A stretch of 62,563 nt of DNA from Catajapyx aquilonaris (lineage: Eukaryota). A program made the position numbers and the translations under genes. The notes beneath the pieces are model-generated. The model worked only from the letters and a program-made list of their open reading frames with translations. It had not been told where the DNA came from and ran no database searches. The stretch lies in assembly GCA_000934665.2 (NCBI GenBank), contig JYFJ02002133.1, forward strand, positions 1 through 62,563, written 5' to 3'. Shown here in pieces: positions 1 through 11,894 of this stretch; position 1 is the first letter of the stretch, and the number at the start of each line of letters is the position of its first letter.

Positions 1-470
1 GGGGGGGGGGATATTTTTGAAAGATGGGGCGTACTCGGAAAAAAATACTAAAAAAATAAACTCAACTTTTAGTCACACCAGGTCACCAAGAAGGAACTGC
101 CAGTGGAGAGGCCATCTTGTTATATAGGTCAAACTTAAAGTCACGACACCAAAGCACAACGCTAATAATTATTATAAGCATGACTCGTGTGGGTTTGCAC
201 TGCACCCTTTCTCTCTCACTCATTCTCTCTCTATCATTCTCTCTTCCTCTTTCACATCTCATACACTCACTCCCACTCTTTCATTTTTGTCACTGCCATG
301 ACTTTGACCACCCCCAGTCTTAGCACGACTGGCGTGAAGAACACACTGCACTGGTTTTACGACTAAAAACATTCGAATTCGCCACTGTTTGTACTGGATT
401 CCCCCATGTCTTCACTCTCTCTCTCTTTCGCTCTCTCTCTCTCGCACTCTCTTTCGCTCATATTTAAATC
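1..470 (-). other. Antp: Antp 3' UTR (partial; GA-rich on the mRNA strand; continues beyond the window)
   Basis: Lies immediately after the TAA stop at 471-473. CT-rich tracts on + at ~205-285 and ~410-460. I saw no minus-strand AATAAA inside the window. Confidence 0.75.
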
Positions 471-749
<279 letters not shown>

Positions 750-921
750 TCAGAACTGCCTCCCACATGCTTGAAACATGCTGAAAAATTTCGCGCCATA
801 TTGTGACCCAGGGATTGATTACCCCTTTCAGTCAACCGTCTGCAATCCTGCAACAAGACTAATGAAAACTTGGCCCGCACGGCGACCAATAAGCAGAAAA
901 TTCAATTACGCTCCTCTGGGT

Positions 922-985
922 GCCAGATGGGGGCCATCAGTCACCGCCATCTTCGTTGCAAAAATTTGGGGGCGGCCATTTTGTG
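922..985. promoter_or_regulatory. Cluster of Pho/YY1-type GCCAT motifs (candidate Polycomb response element)
   Basis: GGCCATCAG, CCGCCATCTT and CGGCCATTTT within ~50 bp, next to the homeobox exon acceptor. Confidence 0.3.
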
Positions 986-3900
986 GCCTCATCGAATCAG
1001 AGGGCGGAAGATGCAGACGCCAGGTTTAGAAGAAAATGAATAAGTAAGATAAAAGAGCTGACAAGATATCTGGCTCATCATCTCTGTTTTCCCAGACTGT
1101 TGGCGCGCCTAGCAGGTGATACCTGGTCTCTTGGGGGCCCCCTCCTTCGCAGCTTCGTCAATCCAGATCATTATCCTGATGGATTCGAGAATGTCATGGC
1201 AAGCATCATGGGCGAAAAGGAGGCTAATAAAGCATCGGCCGCATCAGTCACGGCCATGACACTCTAATAACATGGCCGTCAGTTCTAAGAGAAGGCAAGC
1301 AGTGCCCGGAGAAAACTTTCCCAGTGACCTTACAGGATTAGAAAAAAGAAATAGAAGGGGGTGTTGGAAGCTTCGGGGAGATGAGATTAAGGGGTATTTT
1401 TCAACGGTCGTAATTGAAGGTGGATGGTGTCCCAGGGGCTTTCAAAACACCTAGTCGCAACCGTCAGTTACAGGACTCATAGATACTAAATTAACGAAAT
1501 TTCCGGTACCTTAATAGCACTGCATCTGAAAAATGGGATGTTACAATTCGGAGGTATTTGCGAATTAAAGTACAAGGTTTTTCTGGGTTACAAGCGTAGG
1601 GGTAACCATTTAATTAAGCTTTAATACGTGTATAGATGCAGTAGTTACTGTGCCAACACGTAAATGGCCATCAACAACTGCCCTAATATTTTAGCCGGCT
1701 CTTCGACAAAATGCCAAATGAACTGTAGATTATACAGACATCAATTTCCAGATTTGCAATCTGTTGACAATTGGAGTTCAGGTTAGTATAGGCCTACTCA
1801 GCAGACCATATATCTGCGAAGGTCCCGTTTTTTGGCATGTACTGAATCATCATTAGGCCGACTTATAGAGTCACGCTTAAGCTACTCTATACCGGTCCGT
1901 ATGGTATAAAATTGTGAGTACTTCTTTAACAAATTGCCTGAGAAACACCAGACGTGAAATAATTGCGCTCAATGCATGCAGGTATTGCCCATTGAAACAT
2001 AAAGCACCACTTTCATGCAGAAAAATACAGTACGTATCCGACAAAAAATCATGTCCCACTTGAAGATTAAAAAGCGGACAACAAAAACTAGGCAATTACT
2101 CAACCCAATGTTGAAGCAGCAGTGGATTCGGAACGACCATGTTATTCACAATAGAAAAGAGTTTTCACTCCTCATTTCGGTAATGTATCAAGCCCAGTAA
2201 TGACAAGAGCAGAATGACGATAGAGCCCGATCCGGCTTTTACGATTATACGAATGGCCTCCGACAAGCTCCATTCTGATGTAATGACTCCTACTTAAACT
2301 TTTTAGAGATTTAGCTCTAATTTTCAACACCGCCATTTCATATAGGCTGAGTAATAATTAGCAATTGGCACAACAATGATATGGTGAGGCCTAGGTAGAA
2401 CAAAGTAGCGTTCCATCTTGTTTTTGGAACCAATCAGACGTGGAGTTTTGTGAGGCAGTGACGAATGAAGCGCCTCCACGTAGAGGCGTCGGGGGAAAAA
2501 AAATGAGCCAACGGTCTTATGCCTTTCGGTTGGGTCCAGACAACCCCAAAAGGCTGTTCCATCATTATCCGCGGGCGCCCACAGATAATTACCTGTGCAT
2601 CCCAGCAAGCGGGGTGGGCAAAAGATGATGAATGGAGCTTGGCCCACCGGCCACTTCACATGTCACGGACGTCTTTCTTTGATAGATGACCATTTTTCAC
2701 TCGCTCTCCACAACACACACGTACATGCACACCCTCCACGCCAAAAAAAATGGCCAGAGAAAGGAAGAACAAAATGGGGGAGTTTCATAGGGTGGGGGCG
2801 ACTCGAATGGGATTGCATTTTAATTTTACGCCTAGCTCCGAATATAATTATACACGTAATGCATGGCCCTGATGATGTGAGTGGGCAGCATAGTGGGGGC
2901 TATAATTTTCATATCCGCCATTGTGCCTCAGGAGGGTAGCAGATTCATTAAAAACTGGTGCCTAATGTGTCTATTCCACGACCTCGAGACAAAAACAATG
3001 CTGTTTCCTTCCGGGACGTCAAAATATGAGGTATAAAAAGAGTGGGGATTTCTTCACAATGGCGGCTGTAATCACCCAAATGGTGCCGTTATGGTCTTAC
3101 TTCTACCCAAGACAGAACCTGTAATTCTTCCAGTGTTCACTTTAGCAATATTTCCGTCCTTTTCCCCTTGGCTCCGGAGCCATTTGTCTTAATTAATTTA
3201 GATAAACACGAAGCAGTGCCTTCCAGATATCCATCCAATGTAAAGAGCAAAGCCAACATTTCTCTTAACAGTGCCTAATATTTATGGCTCATCAACTAAA
3301 GTCAGCGCGTAAATAAGTCGTGTCGCTTGGCAAACACCCGTTTTTCCAAAAAAAAAATGCATCTTTTGAACCCGGTTCCAACGACGCAAAACGGAATCAT
3401 ATCACTTCATGACTTGATTTAAACCTGCAAACTTGGACCAAACCGTAATTTCGTACCAGATGGAAACACGGGCGCACTTAATAAACTTTGGCCAAAAGGA
3501 AATCTGACAAAAAAAAGTGTCAACATTGGTGGTACGAGTTGACAGTGTGGCAAGCAATTCCTTTTCCGGCGGCTCCGAAGAGAAGCCAAAAGGGCCAGGG
3601 TGACTGGAAGATGAAGCACAATGCTCGCCATCACACATCTGTTATGGAAGAAGGCAGGCATAAATCTCGGCCCAGTCTCAAGCCAAGAATGCGGGGGCTC
3701 ACATGTGCTGCACAACCCTTAGAAGAAGTTCGAGTCAAGCACGATCCAGGAAGAAGAAGTCTCTGGATTCATTAGCTTTTCCTGTTGTTGGGGAAACAAA
3801 AGCTCAAGCTTTTCCTGGGTGGTATGCATTTGCATCATGTACACACGCTAAGAAATTGTGCACGCACACTTACCAATTGGAACACTTTTTTTGTACCGAA

Positions 3901-4710
3901 ATGAGAAATGATACCTCACGTATATGCATGTGTGTGTCCGTGTCTCATTACTTGTAAATATATTACGTCGCTGAATGGATATTAATTTCCCAGACGGCTG
4001 CCGCTTTTGCTATATGACCCTAGTCTTAAGCATTTCTAAGAATCATTCGTTGAAGCCCTCCCTTTATTAGCATGACAGGCAAAGTTGTAATATCTGATCC
4101 TCTTGGAGAATTAGTCGGTTCATTATAAGTTGGAGAAAAAAAAAATGGGACCGGAGAAGTGATCGAAGTTCATGTGGTGCTCATTCCACCAACTGACGGG
4201 AGAAGAAGTAGTGGGTTTTCGGTCAGACGCCCCCACGATTTCTCAATTCGAGAAAAGAATGGTCACATGTTGGCAAGGAGATCGCAAAGTTGCTTTGGGG
4301 CTGCTCCAAATGGCAGATGGACCATCATTTTAGTGTCATCCGTCCCCTCTTTTTTTTAAGTATAGGTACCGATACCTGATGTACAACCCTAATTTGGTGG
4401 ACTATAAATACATGCCAAGTTTTCATGCACAAAGCGACTTTGATTAATATCTGCTTTAAATATGACAAGGGCCCGACTAATTTCCTCAAGTCCGCCTTGC
4501 CATATCCGGAGCACATAACATAGGTAACCGGAAAAATATGAATTCGACACGACTTATGGCAGCCGTTTCGGAACTGATTTTGATAAATTCGGTCGCCCAG
4601 TCACGCCATGACTGCTAGAAATAGACTGGTATGTACCAAGAGAGTAACTGAACTATTATCAATGCGGCTAGAGAGGAACATGGTGTACAGGACCGGTTAA
4701 AATAGGAAAC

Positions 4711-5336
4711 GAACCAGGTGTGTCCATCCTATTATCAGATTGGGTGCCCCCGCCGGGATTCGAACCCGGACCACGGGCAACGTTACGTTGCCCGTATCCT
4801 CCCTGTTAGACCACAGGGGCCCACTCACGAGGACCACCGGTCCAAAAAGGGGCTTCACTCCATCGTCGGATTCCCCCTACAGGTTTAACTCTTTGAAAGG
4901 AGTGTATGGGACCTGTGGGGGGAATCAGGGCACAATTTGATAATTGGATGAGAGGCCACACCTGGTCAGTTTTTGGTTTGGGTTTTGTGGAAAAACTATG
5001 ACTGCCTTTGGGGTAAAGATGGGGGTCCACCGTCTGCTTTTTTTTAAGGTTGGAAGGGAGAGGTTGGATGGTTGGAAAAAGGTGCACTCCAATCACAAGC
5101 ACGGTAGGCTGGCTCCAGCCCGATGGTATCAGCCAGTTACAGGTGAGGAGGACAGGAGGAACCAGGTGTGTCCTATCCCAATTATCACAACATGCCCCCG
5201 CTGGCTCGAGATACAAGCTCTGCCCTGACTGATGACCTGAAGCTACCAACAGGCCATCGGCAGTACCAAAGCTTATTCCCTGTGAAATGGGTGTCAAATC
5301 AGGGTGGGACAGGTCATAAGGAATATCCACCAGGTC
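4711..5336. mobile_element. Composite inverted-repeat (MITE/foldback-like) structured element
   Basis: A ~40-bp motif ACCAGGTGTGkCC..ATCC.ATTATCA...TGCCC occurs at 4711-4750 (+), 4928-4967 (-) and 5159-5200 (+), with a degenerate copy at 5306-5336 (-). Contains internal hairpins and a tRNA-like cloverleaf. Confidence 0.5.
4745..4820 (-). ncRNA. tRNA-like cloverleaf (Glu/Asp/Gly-type scaffold) with non-canonical 11-nt palindromic anticodon loop; pseudo-tRNA or SINE-head-like
   Basis: Minus strand GCCCCTG TG GTCT AACAGGGA GGAT A CGGGC AACGTAACGTT GCCCG TGGT CCGGG TTCGAAT CCCGG CGGGGGC A. The 7-bp acceptor, D, anticodon and T stems all pair, and A-box and B-box (GGTTCGAATCC) are present. Confidence 0.7.
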
Positions 5337-8300
5337 GGAAAGATGGTTCCCCTCCTACCACTTACTTGGCCTTATTGGCTCTAAATGCAATGCCTCTTGG
5401 TACATATCACTGAATTTGTACCTATGTACGACGGCTACTGTAACGCTCTTTGACCGGGGTGAAAGTACCTGCCCCTGCCAGTTAGACCAACCTGTGAACA
5501 CCTAAGTTACATTGGTTGTCCCAATACCAGGATGATGGCACCGAATATTTTTTTTAAATATATTGTTACTGGTTCCAATTACTCTAAGTGGTGGGGACAG
5601 GAGCCCACATACAGCGCTCTAGAATGATTTGTATCGGCAGCACACCCCACGTCGTCTCCTTCTTTTTCCTGTATGCGGTCTCCTTTTTTGATCTACAACT
5701 CTGCATTATCCTCTGGGAACACTTACGACTGCGAGCTTTTATTTATAACAACCTCTCCGCACCACCTCAGTATTTTCAACCCCCTCCCGCTTTTTCTTTT
5801 GAAAAAGAGAGTTGAAAATAGGAAAGGACGGAAGGGCGACATCTTTATGGGAAAATACTCGGTGTGGCTTAAAAATCCCTTCTTATAACAAAAAAAAACA
5901 GGCAAAAATGCAGTCCTCCTCTCTCATTATTGCTCCAGCAAGGTAGGGGAGGGGGGGGGGGGGNGGGAGGGGGGGGGGGTGTGCCCTCAACATCAAGGTA
6001 GGTATAAAAAAAATTCTTCTCCCGCGGTGGAATTGGTCACCTAATGGAAACTAACGACCCTTTATATCCTTGTACTCAAATTAACACGTCGAGATCCGGA
6101 CTGGGGTCCGGGGGCCCAGTGGCGGCCATCTCCCAACCAGCGCCCCCTTATTAATTTTGATACCTTGTAGGTTTATTAAAATCGTCACCGCGCCGGTATA
6201 AACGAGATTTGCGGCTTGGAACGGCGTAAACTTCCAACCATGCTGAAAAGCCTGGATTTAGCAAACGCGTAATTTCTAACTCGGTAAAAAAAAATGGCGC
6301 ATGCGTGATCAGTAGGGTCTAACTTGTCACCAGGTTCTTTGGTAGAAAACCGTTATGGAGAAGACAAGTTTTGGCAGGGTTTTGCGGCCTACCAGGAGGA
6401 AGCCAAGGCAATCCCCCTCAATAAATCTACAAGACGAAGTGGGTGGAGGGGAGAAGAGGGTCCACATATGCGAAAGAGCCTAGGGGCCTCATCCAGGATA
6501 TGTGAGGATGTTTTATTACTGTGCCAAGTGCCTGGCGAATCCACAAACCCAGCCGGAGACCAAGACTCCGTCGGGCTATGAGCTTCTGTTTAGTTTCCCG
6601 AAAGGGTCAAGTCCATAAATCCTAGCTTCCCCCCCGCCTCTCCCACCCCTTACTCTCTCCCTAACAAGAGTCTGGGTTGACCACTGTTTCCATACCCACA
6701 ACATCACCGCCGCCAGCGACATGGCTTCTCACTCTCCGTTTTAATGTGGCTAATTCTCAGCTGGGGAAAGGAGGATGCCAGCAGCCATGTTTCAGTAAGA
6801 AATATTGCAATATTCACATTTTTTTTGTGAGGAAACTGGACTTGTCACCGAGTAGAAAACCGGGCGTGATTTTAGCTCCGATTCATCACCGGTTTCTAAA
6901 TCCCTCGTTTTATCGCCGCCTATCACCAACGCCGCCCTATCTTTATTCATTTGGCCACAGCTCCCAAAGGCAAGCAACCTAATGGATGTATTTCCAGGGC
7001 TGGATTTTGGCGGGCTCTCCCGAGAGCTCCGAGGGAAAAGCCTTCGGAATCCTACAGCAAATGAACGGCACATGGTTCGAACGTGGTGGGTCCCTAGGGG
7101 GCCCTACGATTCAATCGTCACTAAATCCACCGAATTCCAATGGTTAGAAATGGGTGACTAGTTTTTTTAAAAGGTACTATCGCCACACTCGCAGGATATT
7201 TCTAAGGTTACTTACAGAGAGCTGTCCTTCCACGCGTCCAGCACACGAACGACTGTCTCAAACCCCGTTCGAACCAAATAGGGTTCAAGGTTTTTGGACC
7301 TAAACTACCACTTATCGGTGCATCGAACCCTTGTTATTGTCCAGTTCCCTCTTTACAGTCCACCCTTTTTTTGTTTGAAAAGACCGGGAACGTCTCAATT
7401 TTGTAGCTGTGTCCGCATGGGGCGCGACGGTCAGCCCCCAGCGTACAGTGATGGAAATTAATGACCGACCGGTTTCAATGGGCTGAATGAGCACGAAAAT
7501 GAATCCTAATGACCATATATTGAATCAACGGATTTGAGACTGGATAGGATTGAGCCGGATAGACTTCTTCCCTTCTCATCTGTCAGTGAACAATGTCCCC
7601 CCGGCATCAACTTCCCACCTGAACGTGACCGTCATATTCAAAGTTGAGAGAGGGGGAGGGGGGGCTCCCTTGCCTTCCCGGGGGCAGAAGACCTCTTATG
7701 TCCCTCTGCTGGCACAATTAAGTCATTAAACTCGGCAGTTCTGCAATGGCCCCCACGTTTTACGACTACTTGTGCACAGGCCCCTGAGGGAACTTACAAA
7801 TGGGGCGGAAGGAAACCCTGACCCTTGTTCAAGAAAAGAGGGTTGGGAGGGGGTGAATTTTTGAAAAGCACTTTTGCGCTTTTTTTCCTTCCCTTCCGGA
7901 CATCTCCTGCTGATAGGCCTGGACAACCCGTCGAGCTTTGCAAATAGGCCAGGTGCATGCCAGCCAGGTGACACTGACTCTAAAATAGCTAGTAAGTGGT
8001 GGGATTTATCCTGTCAGGTGCGCAACCACCATTGCCTATCATGTTACTCAGAATGAATAGCGTTTGTGAGAAGAATAGACTATTGGGCAGAATCCAACGC
8101 TCCGTGGGATTTCTTGTCCGTCAATGAAGGCAAGCAATTCGGCAGCACTCATTAGCACGAGAATTAGTGGCGCCATTGTTAGGGGGTCCGGTTGTAGTGT
8201 CCCAATTTCAGCCTGGTCCTGATCCAACGACCATCTTTCTCTCGTCTCTACAAATCGCCCTGCTGATAAAGGGAGACTAAATGCGTCGAAAAAACTAGAC

Positions 8301-9343
8301 GGGTTAAGAAATTTTTAACGAACAGCGCCGGATGAGGTTGCGACGGCGCCACTCAAGGATCCTTAACTTCCTCTTCCAGGAATAAAGACAACGCTTAGGA
8401 CTCAAAGTCATCTAACCGACGCGATCAATCCACGTCTTCCTAACCCTGGCGTTTCAACTCGTTACTTTCAACGTAGCAGACTGATCAAAGGAGCTTCATT
8501 TGATATGTGGAGCTATTTGCGCCAATTAGCTTCAAAAAATTCTGTTTCTGCGCAAACGCATGCACTTACGGCTGATTTGGCGTCAATAAAAAGAACCTAT
8601 CCTCTACCAGTCACGATTTGACCACCCCTGGGATGAAATATCGGATCTTCCAACAATTTTTCACTTTGGCTCCGGAATTTCCCTTTCATTGGCTATCTCC
8701 AAGAAAAGGCGCCCTCTATATATTTTTTTATCATCGTCTATTACAGGCCAGTGGATGATAAGAATGGCCTTTTCGCAGTGCCGAACACAACTCTTCTGTT
8801 AGGTGCCATCTGTGGATAATGTATCCTACATTATTTTTTTTTATTAGCCTTACTTTTTTATATCCGGGGGCTCAATACTACCTGACTTGATTAATGTCGG
8901 TGGGGTCAGATAACTACAAAGATGAACACCCACTTGGACCATTCATCTTGGTAGGTCCAACTGGTGTGGGCTAAAAGCAAAGTCGCTTGCATGCGCGACT
9001 GTGACGTGCGACATTTTTTCCTCCCGGTTTCCAAGCTCGACAAGAGGACGAATCTAGCGTCACATCCGTTACTCCACTAGTGTCAAAGACCCCCTCAGAA
9101 TGGCGTAAACAGGTGAGCAATAAAGCAGTTGAGTGACAGTTACCACCCTGCTTCAGAGGCGGAGGGCAAGGCAGTAAAAATTGAAGGAGGTCAAGGGTGC
9201 CCCCTTGGGGGTAAATGGGTGTAAAAAGCGGTCATGCAGATGTGAAGAATATTGCGTCTCCTGGCATTACCTGTGGACTCATGCAATAAGACAAGAGGAT
9301 TAGGCAGATGATGACACCCACCCCAGTGGCATGTGGAACTCAC

Positions 9344-10052
9344 CAAACTGACTCCTCATCCAGGGATAGAGAGGACTGGGCAACGCCGCCGCTGGGTTGG
9401 TGGTGGGTGGCTGTTGCTGTTGCTGCTGTTGTTGCTGCTGCTGTTGTTGCGACTGCTGGTGCTGCGGAGGGCCTTGCTGATGCGACACATTGACCACCTG
9501 AGGGTGCGCGGGGTGTTGCGGGGGACTCACATTGTTGTACATCATATGGTTGGCCCCCCCTGTATGGTTGGTGGCACCCATAGGGTGGTGGTTGGCCTGA
9601 TCCAGTCTGTGGGGGTTGCCAGCTGCAGCCCCGGGGCTTCCTGGCCCCGCTTGCTGCAGCTTGCAACTGGAATACTGCGACACTGGCGGATTGGCCTGCA
9701 CATGGCCGCCCATCGAGTTCACCTGGGATTGCGGCGAGGGAGGTCGCGGGTAGCCTTGACCGTCCACCATAGGGTTCAAGCCCGGTTGACCTCCCTGGCC
9801 GTAATAATTCACTGCGGCCGCGTTGCCCACACTCCGGATGTCCAGGCGATCGTAGGGCGGGAAGCGCGGGTAGGGCATGCCCTGGGCAGGTTGCCCCGGC
9901 ACGCCATAATGGTGGGGGATGGCTTGCCGCAGGTTGGGGTCACAGCTGGGGTCACTGGGCACTGCCGGGTTCACACCTTGACTCCCATAGTGGTCAGGCG
10001 TACCGTTCCGTAAGTCAGTCAAGTATGAGGAATTGGGGAAATACGAGCTCAT
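9344..10052 (-). CDS. Antp: Antennapedia coding exon 1 (N-terminus to hexapeptide)
   Basis: ORF 9300..10052 translates MSSYFPNSSY...YPRFPPYDRLDIR...QYSSCKLQ...poly-Q...PSPLYPWMRSQF. These are Antp-diagnostic motifs. The exon ends at a consensus donor G|GTGAGT (709 nt, phase 1). Confidence 0.96.
9411..9464 (-). repeat. opa (CAG/CAA) repeat encoding QHQQSQ13
   Basis: Mixed CAG/CAA codons just upstream of the hexapeptide. Confidence 0.9.
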
Positions 10053-10211
10053 GCTATTGTGGTTGGGGGTTATTGAGTATGACGGATCCAGCTCGACTTC
10101 TTTCTAAAACAACCAAGTCCGAGAAAAAGAGAAACGCGATAGTGTCGCTGTAGGAAATTGAGAAGAAGCACTGGGTCGTTCCACCAATAGAAACGCCTCT
10201 TGCATCCGCGC
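10053..10211 (-). other. Antp: Antp 5' UTR portion of the first coding exon, with two candidate acceptors (10211 and 10103)
   Basis: Minus strand CTAAT branch-like motif + ttgttattcttgttcttctcttttttattcccag| at 10212. A second tract tttctctttttctcggacttggttgttttag| ends at 10104. Confidence 0.75.
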
Positions 10212-11795
10212 CTGGGAATAAAAAAGAGAAGAACAAGAATAACAAATTAGTAGGTAGTCTATCACTCCACACAGTAGGCTAGACTAGGCATCATTTACTC
10301 CCCATGACCTGCCAATATGCATTTGGAACAAAACAAAAGGGCTGCCAAGCTGCCCTCTTTTACCTTTTCGCCACAGCGTGAAACCACGCGTTAAATTATC
10401 GGAGCTACGACAATGGCACGGTCCACCAACCAACCTCTTTTGCGACTCAAGAAGGACCACCAAATCATCTGCCAAGACGTACACTCACATGCACCTCTGA
10501 TAGCCAACTGTGTGTCTATTCCCTTCGGACCAGAACAGCCAGCAATTATTCTAGAGCCTCCTAGAGGAGAGGTCATTACGGTCGCATTAGAAGCCCTGAT
10601 TAACAGAAAAAGACGTCTTGAACGAATATCAAATTAGCCTTTCTTGCCTGGCCACGTAATGACAGTGCACCAGACATTTCACGTGCCGCCTGTTGGGAAG
10701 TCAAATGGACTCGTTTACATTCTTTCCGGATCAAACTCATTAGGGATGCTGCTGTTGGCTGCCCTCATCTCACTATAGCCTCTCCAAAATCTTACGCAAG
10801 CGACAGGTGTCGTCATTAAGTACTACTTGGCAGCACGTGTTCCGTCCCATTTGAAAGCCGCGCCAGCCGCCATCTTTGCTCCCCCCCTCGGCAAGGGTGA
10901 CCAAAAATACACTCCACACACGCTACTTTTCTAAGATAGGTGTCATCAAGGATGGTGGCAAAAAATTAATTAATAAAGCAGCACACCTTTGCTACAGGAA
11001 ACTACTCCCGCCGATAACAGCGAAGTAGTTAATAGCCGATTGCGGTCGCATCGAAAAGGGAGCGTCTCAGGAGAGCAATACATTGGAGTGTCGCTGAAAA
11101 AACCTTGCCAGCGCCCAATAAATAGATGGTGGTAGCCCCCCCACTCTCTTTCTCTCGGAGGCGATGCCAGCACTGAAATTGTCACACACACACACTAGGC
11201 ACACGCGTTCCCTGACAAGGTTCCTGCAGCCGCAGGCTTCTGAGTGGGTCCTGAGGGACTTCGTCATGGGACGATGCATGAAGCTATGCACAGTCGAGAG
11301 GGGTGTGTGTAGGGGGGTGGGGGTGCCTGTTTTTGGGGGTAGCTGGGTAGGGGGGAGCAAAAAGAGGGAGGTGTAGGCTTACATAGAGCAAGGCCGGCCT
11401 ACCTCCCAATTGAAACAGATGTTCAACACATTGGTCCAGCGCCCCCGCTCCACCCCTCCTAAGAATGGCTTTGGTCCTTTCAGAAAACCTTTTCAGTGTC
11501 GTTTGGGTGAAGCCAATCCTGGCTGAAGGGGAACGAGTGCCAATCATCCCCTCTCCATCCAGTTGCAACCCCCCATATTGCATATTGCACTCTAGGTAAT
11601 GATAGGCGGACCTCATTCATTCTGGCGCCTTGCCCACGGGGAAAAAGGGTAGGGTCATTATTCTCCCAAGACTGGGTGGTCACTACGAGATAACCCTGAG
11701 GGCGGTTAATTTGTGAATGAACTCATGAGGAGATTGATTCCTGCCTCGTGGCTTCCAACGTCTATTTAAAACATATACTACACACAATTATGGGG

Positions 11796-11894
11796 CCTAT
11801 TAGACCACGTGGCATATTGATAAGCGCTGCCTATTAGTCCACGTGGCATATTGATGCGCCAAGCCTATTAATCCACGTGGCATATTGATGCGCC
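11796..11894. repeat. 3 x ~33-bp tandem repeat, each copy with a CCACGTGG E-box
   Basis: cctattagaccacgtggcatattgat / cctattagtccacgtggcatattgat / cctattaatccacgtggcatattgat. Confidence 0.9.

Noticed and set aside
4745..4820. Functional decoding tRNA gene
   Set aside because: The anticodon loop is 11 nt, lacks U33, and is too short to contain a tRNA intron. Reported as tRNA-like instead.
5229..5300. Hammerhead ribozyme (CTGATGA core)
   Set aside because: No stem II followed by GAAA at the right spacing. The other CTGATGA hits I checked in the window also failed.
5945..5979. Poly-G tract as a G-quadruplex element
   Set aside because: Contains an N. Ns fall in several G/C homopolymers in this window, so run lengths are unreliable.
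9300..9343. C-terminal tail of the 250-aa ORF (GEFHMPLGWVSSSA*)
   Set aside because: Read-through into the intron past the G|GTGAGT donor. The nearby GTGGGT donor is 22 nt away and out of frame.
9308..10013. Antisense and alternative-frame ORFs (226, 108, 61 aa) over Antp exon 1
   Set aside because: Shadows of a GC-rich, CAG-repeat coding exon.
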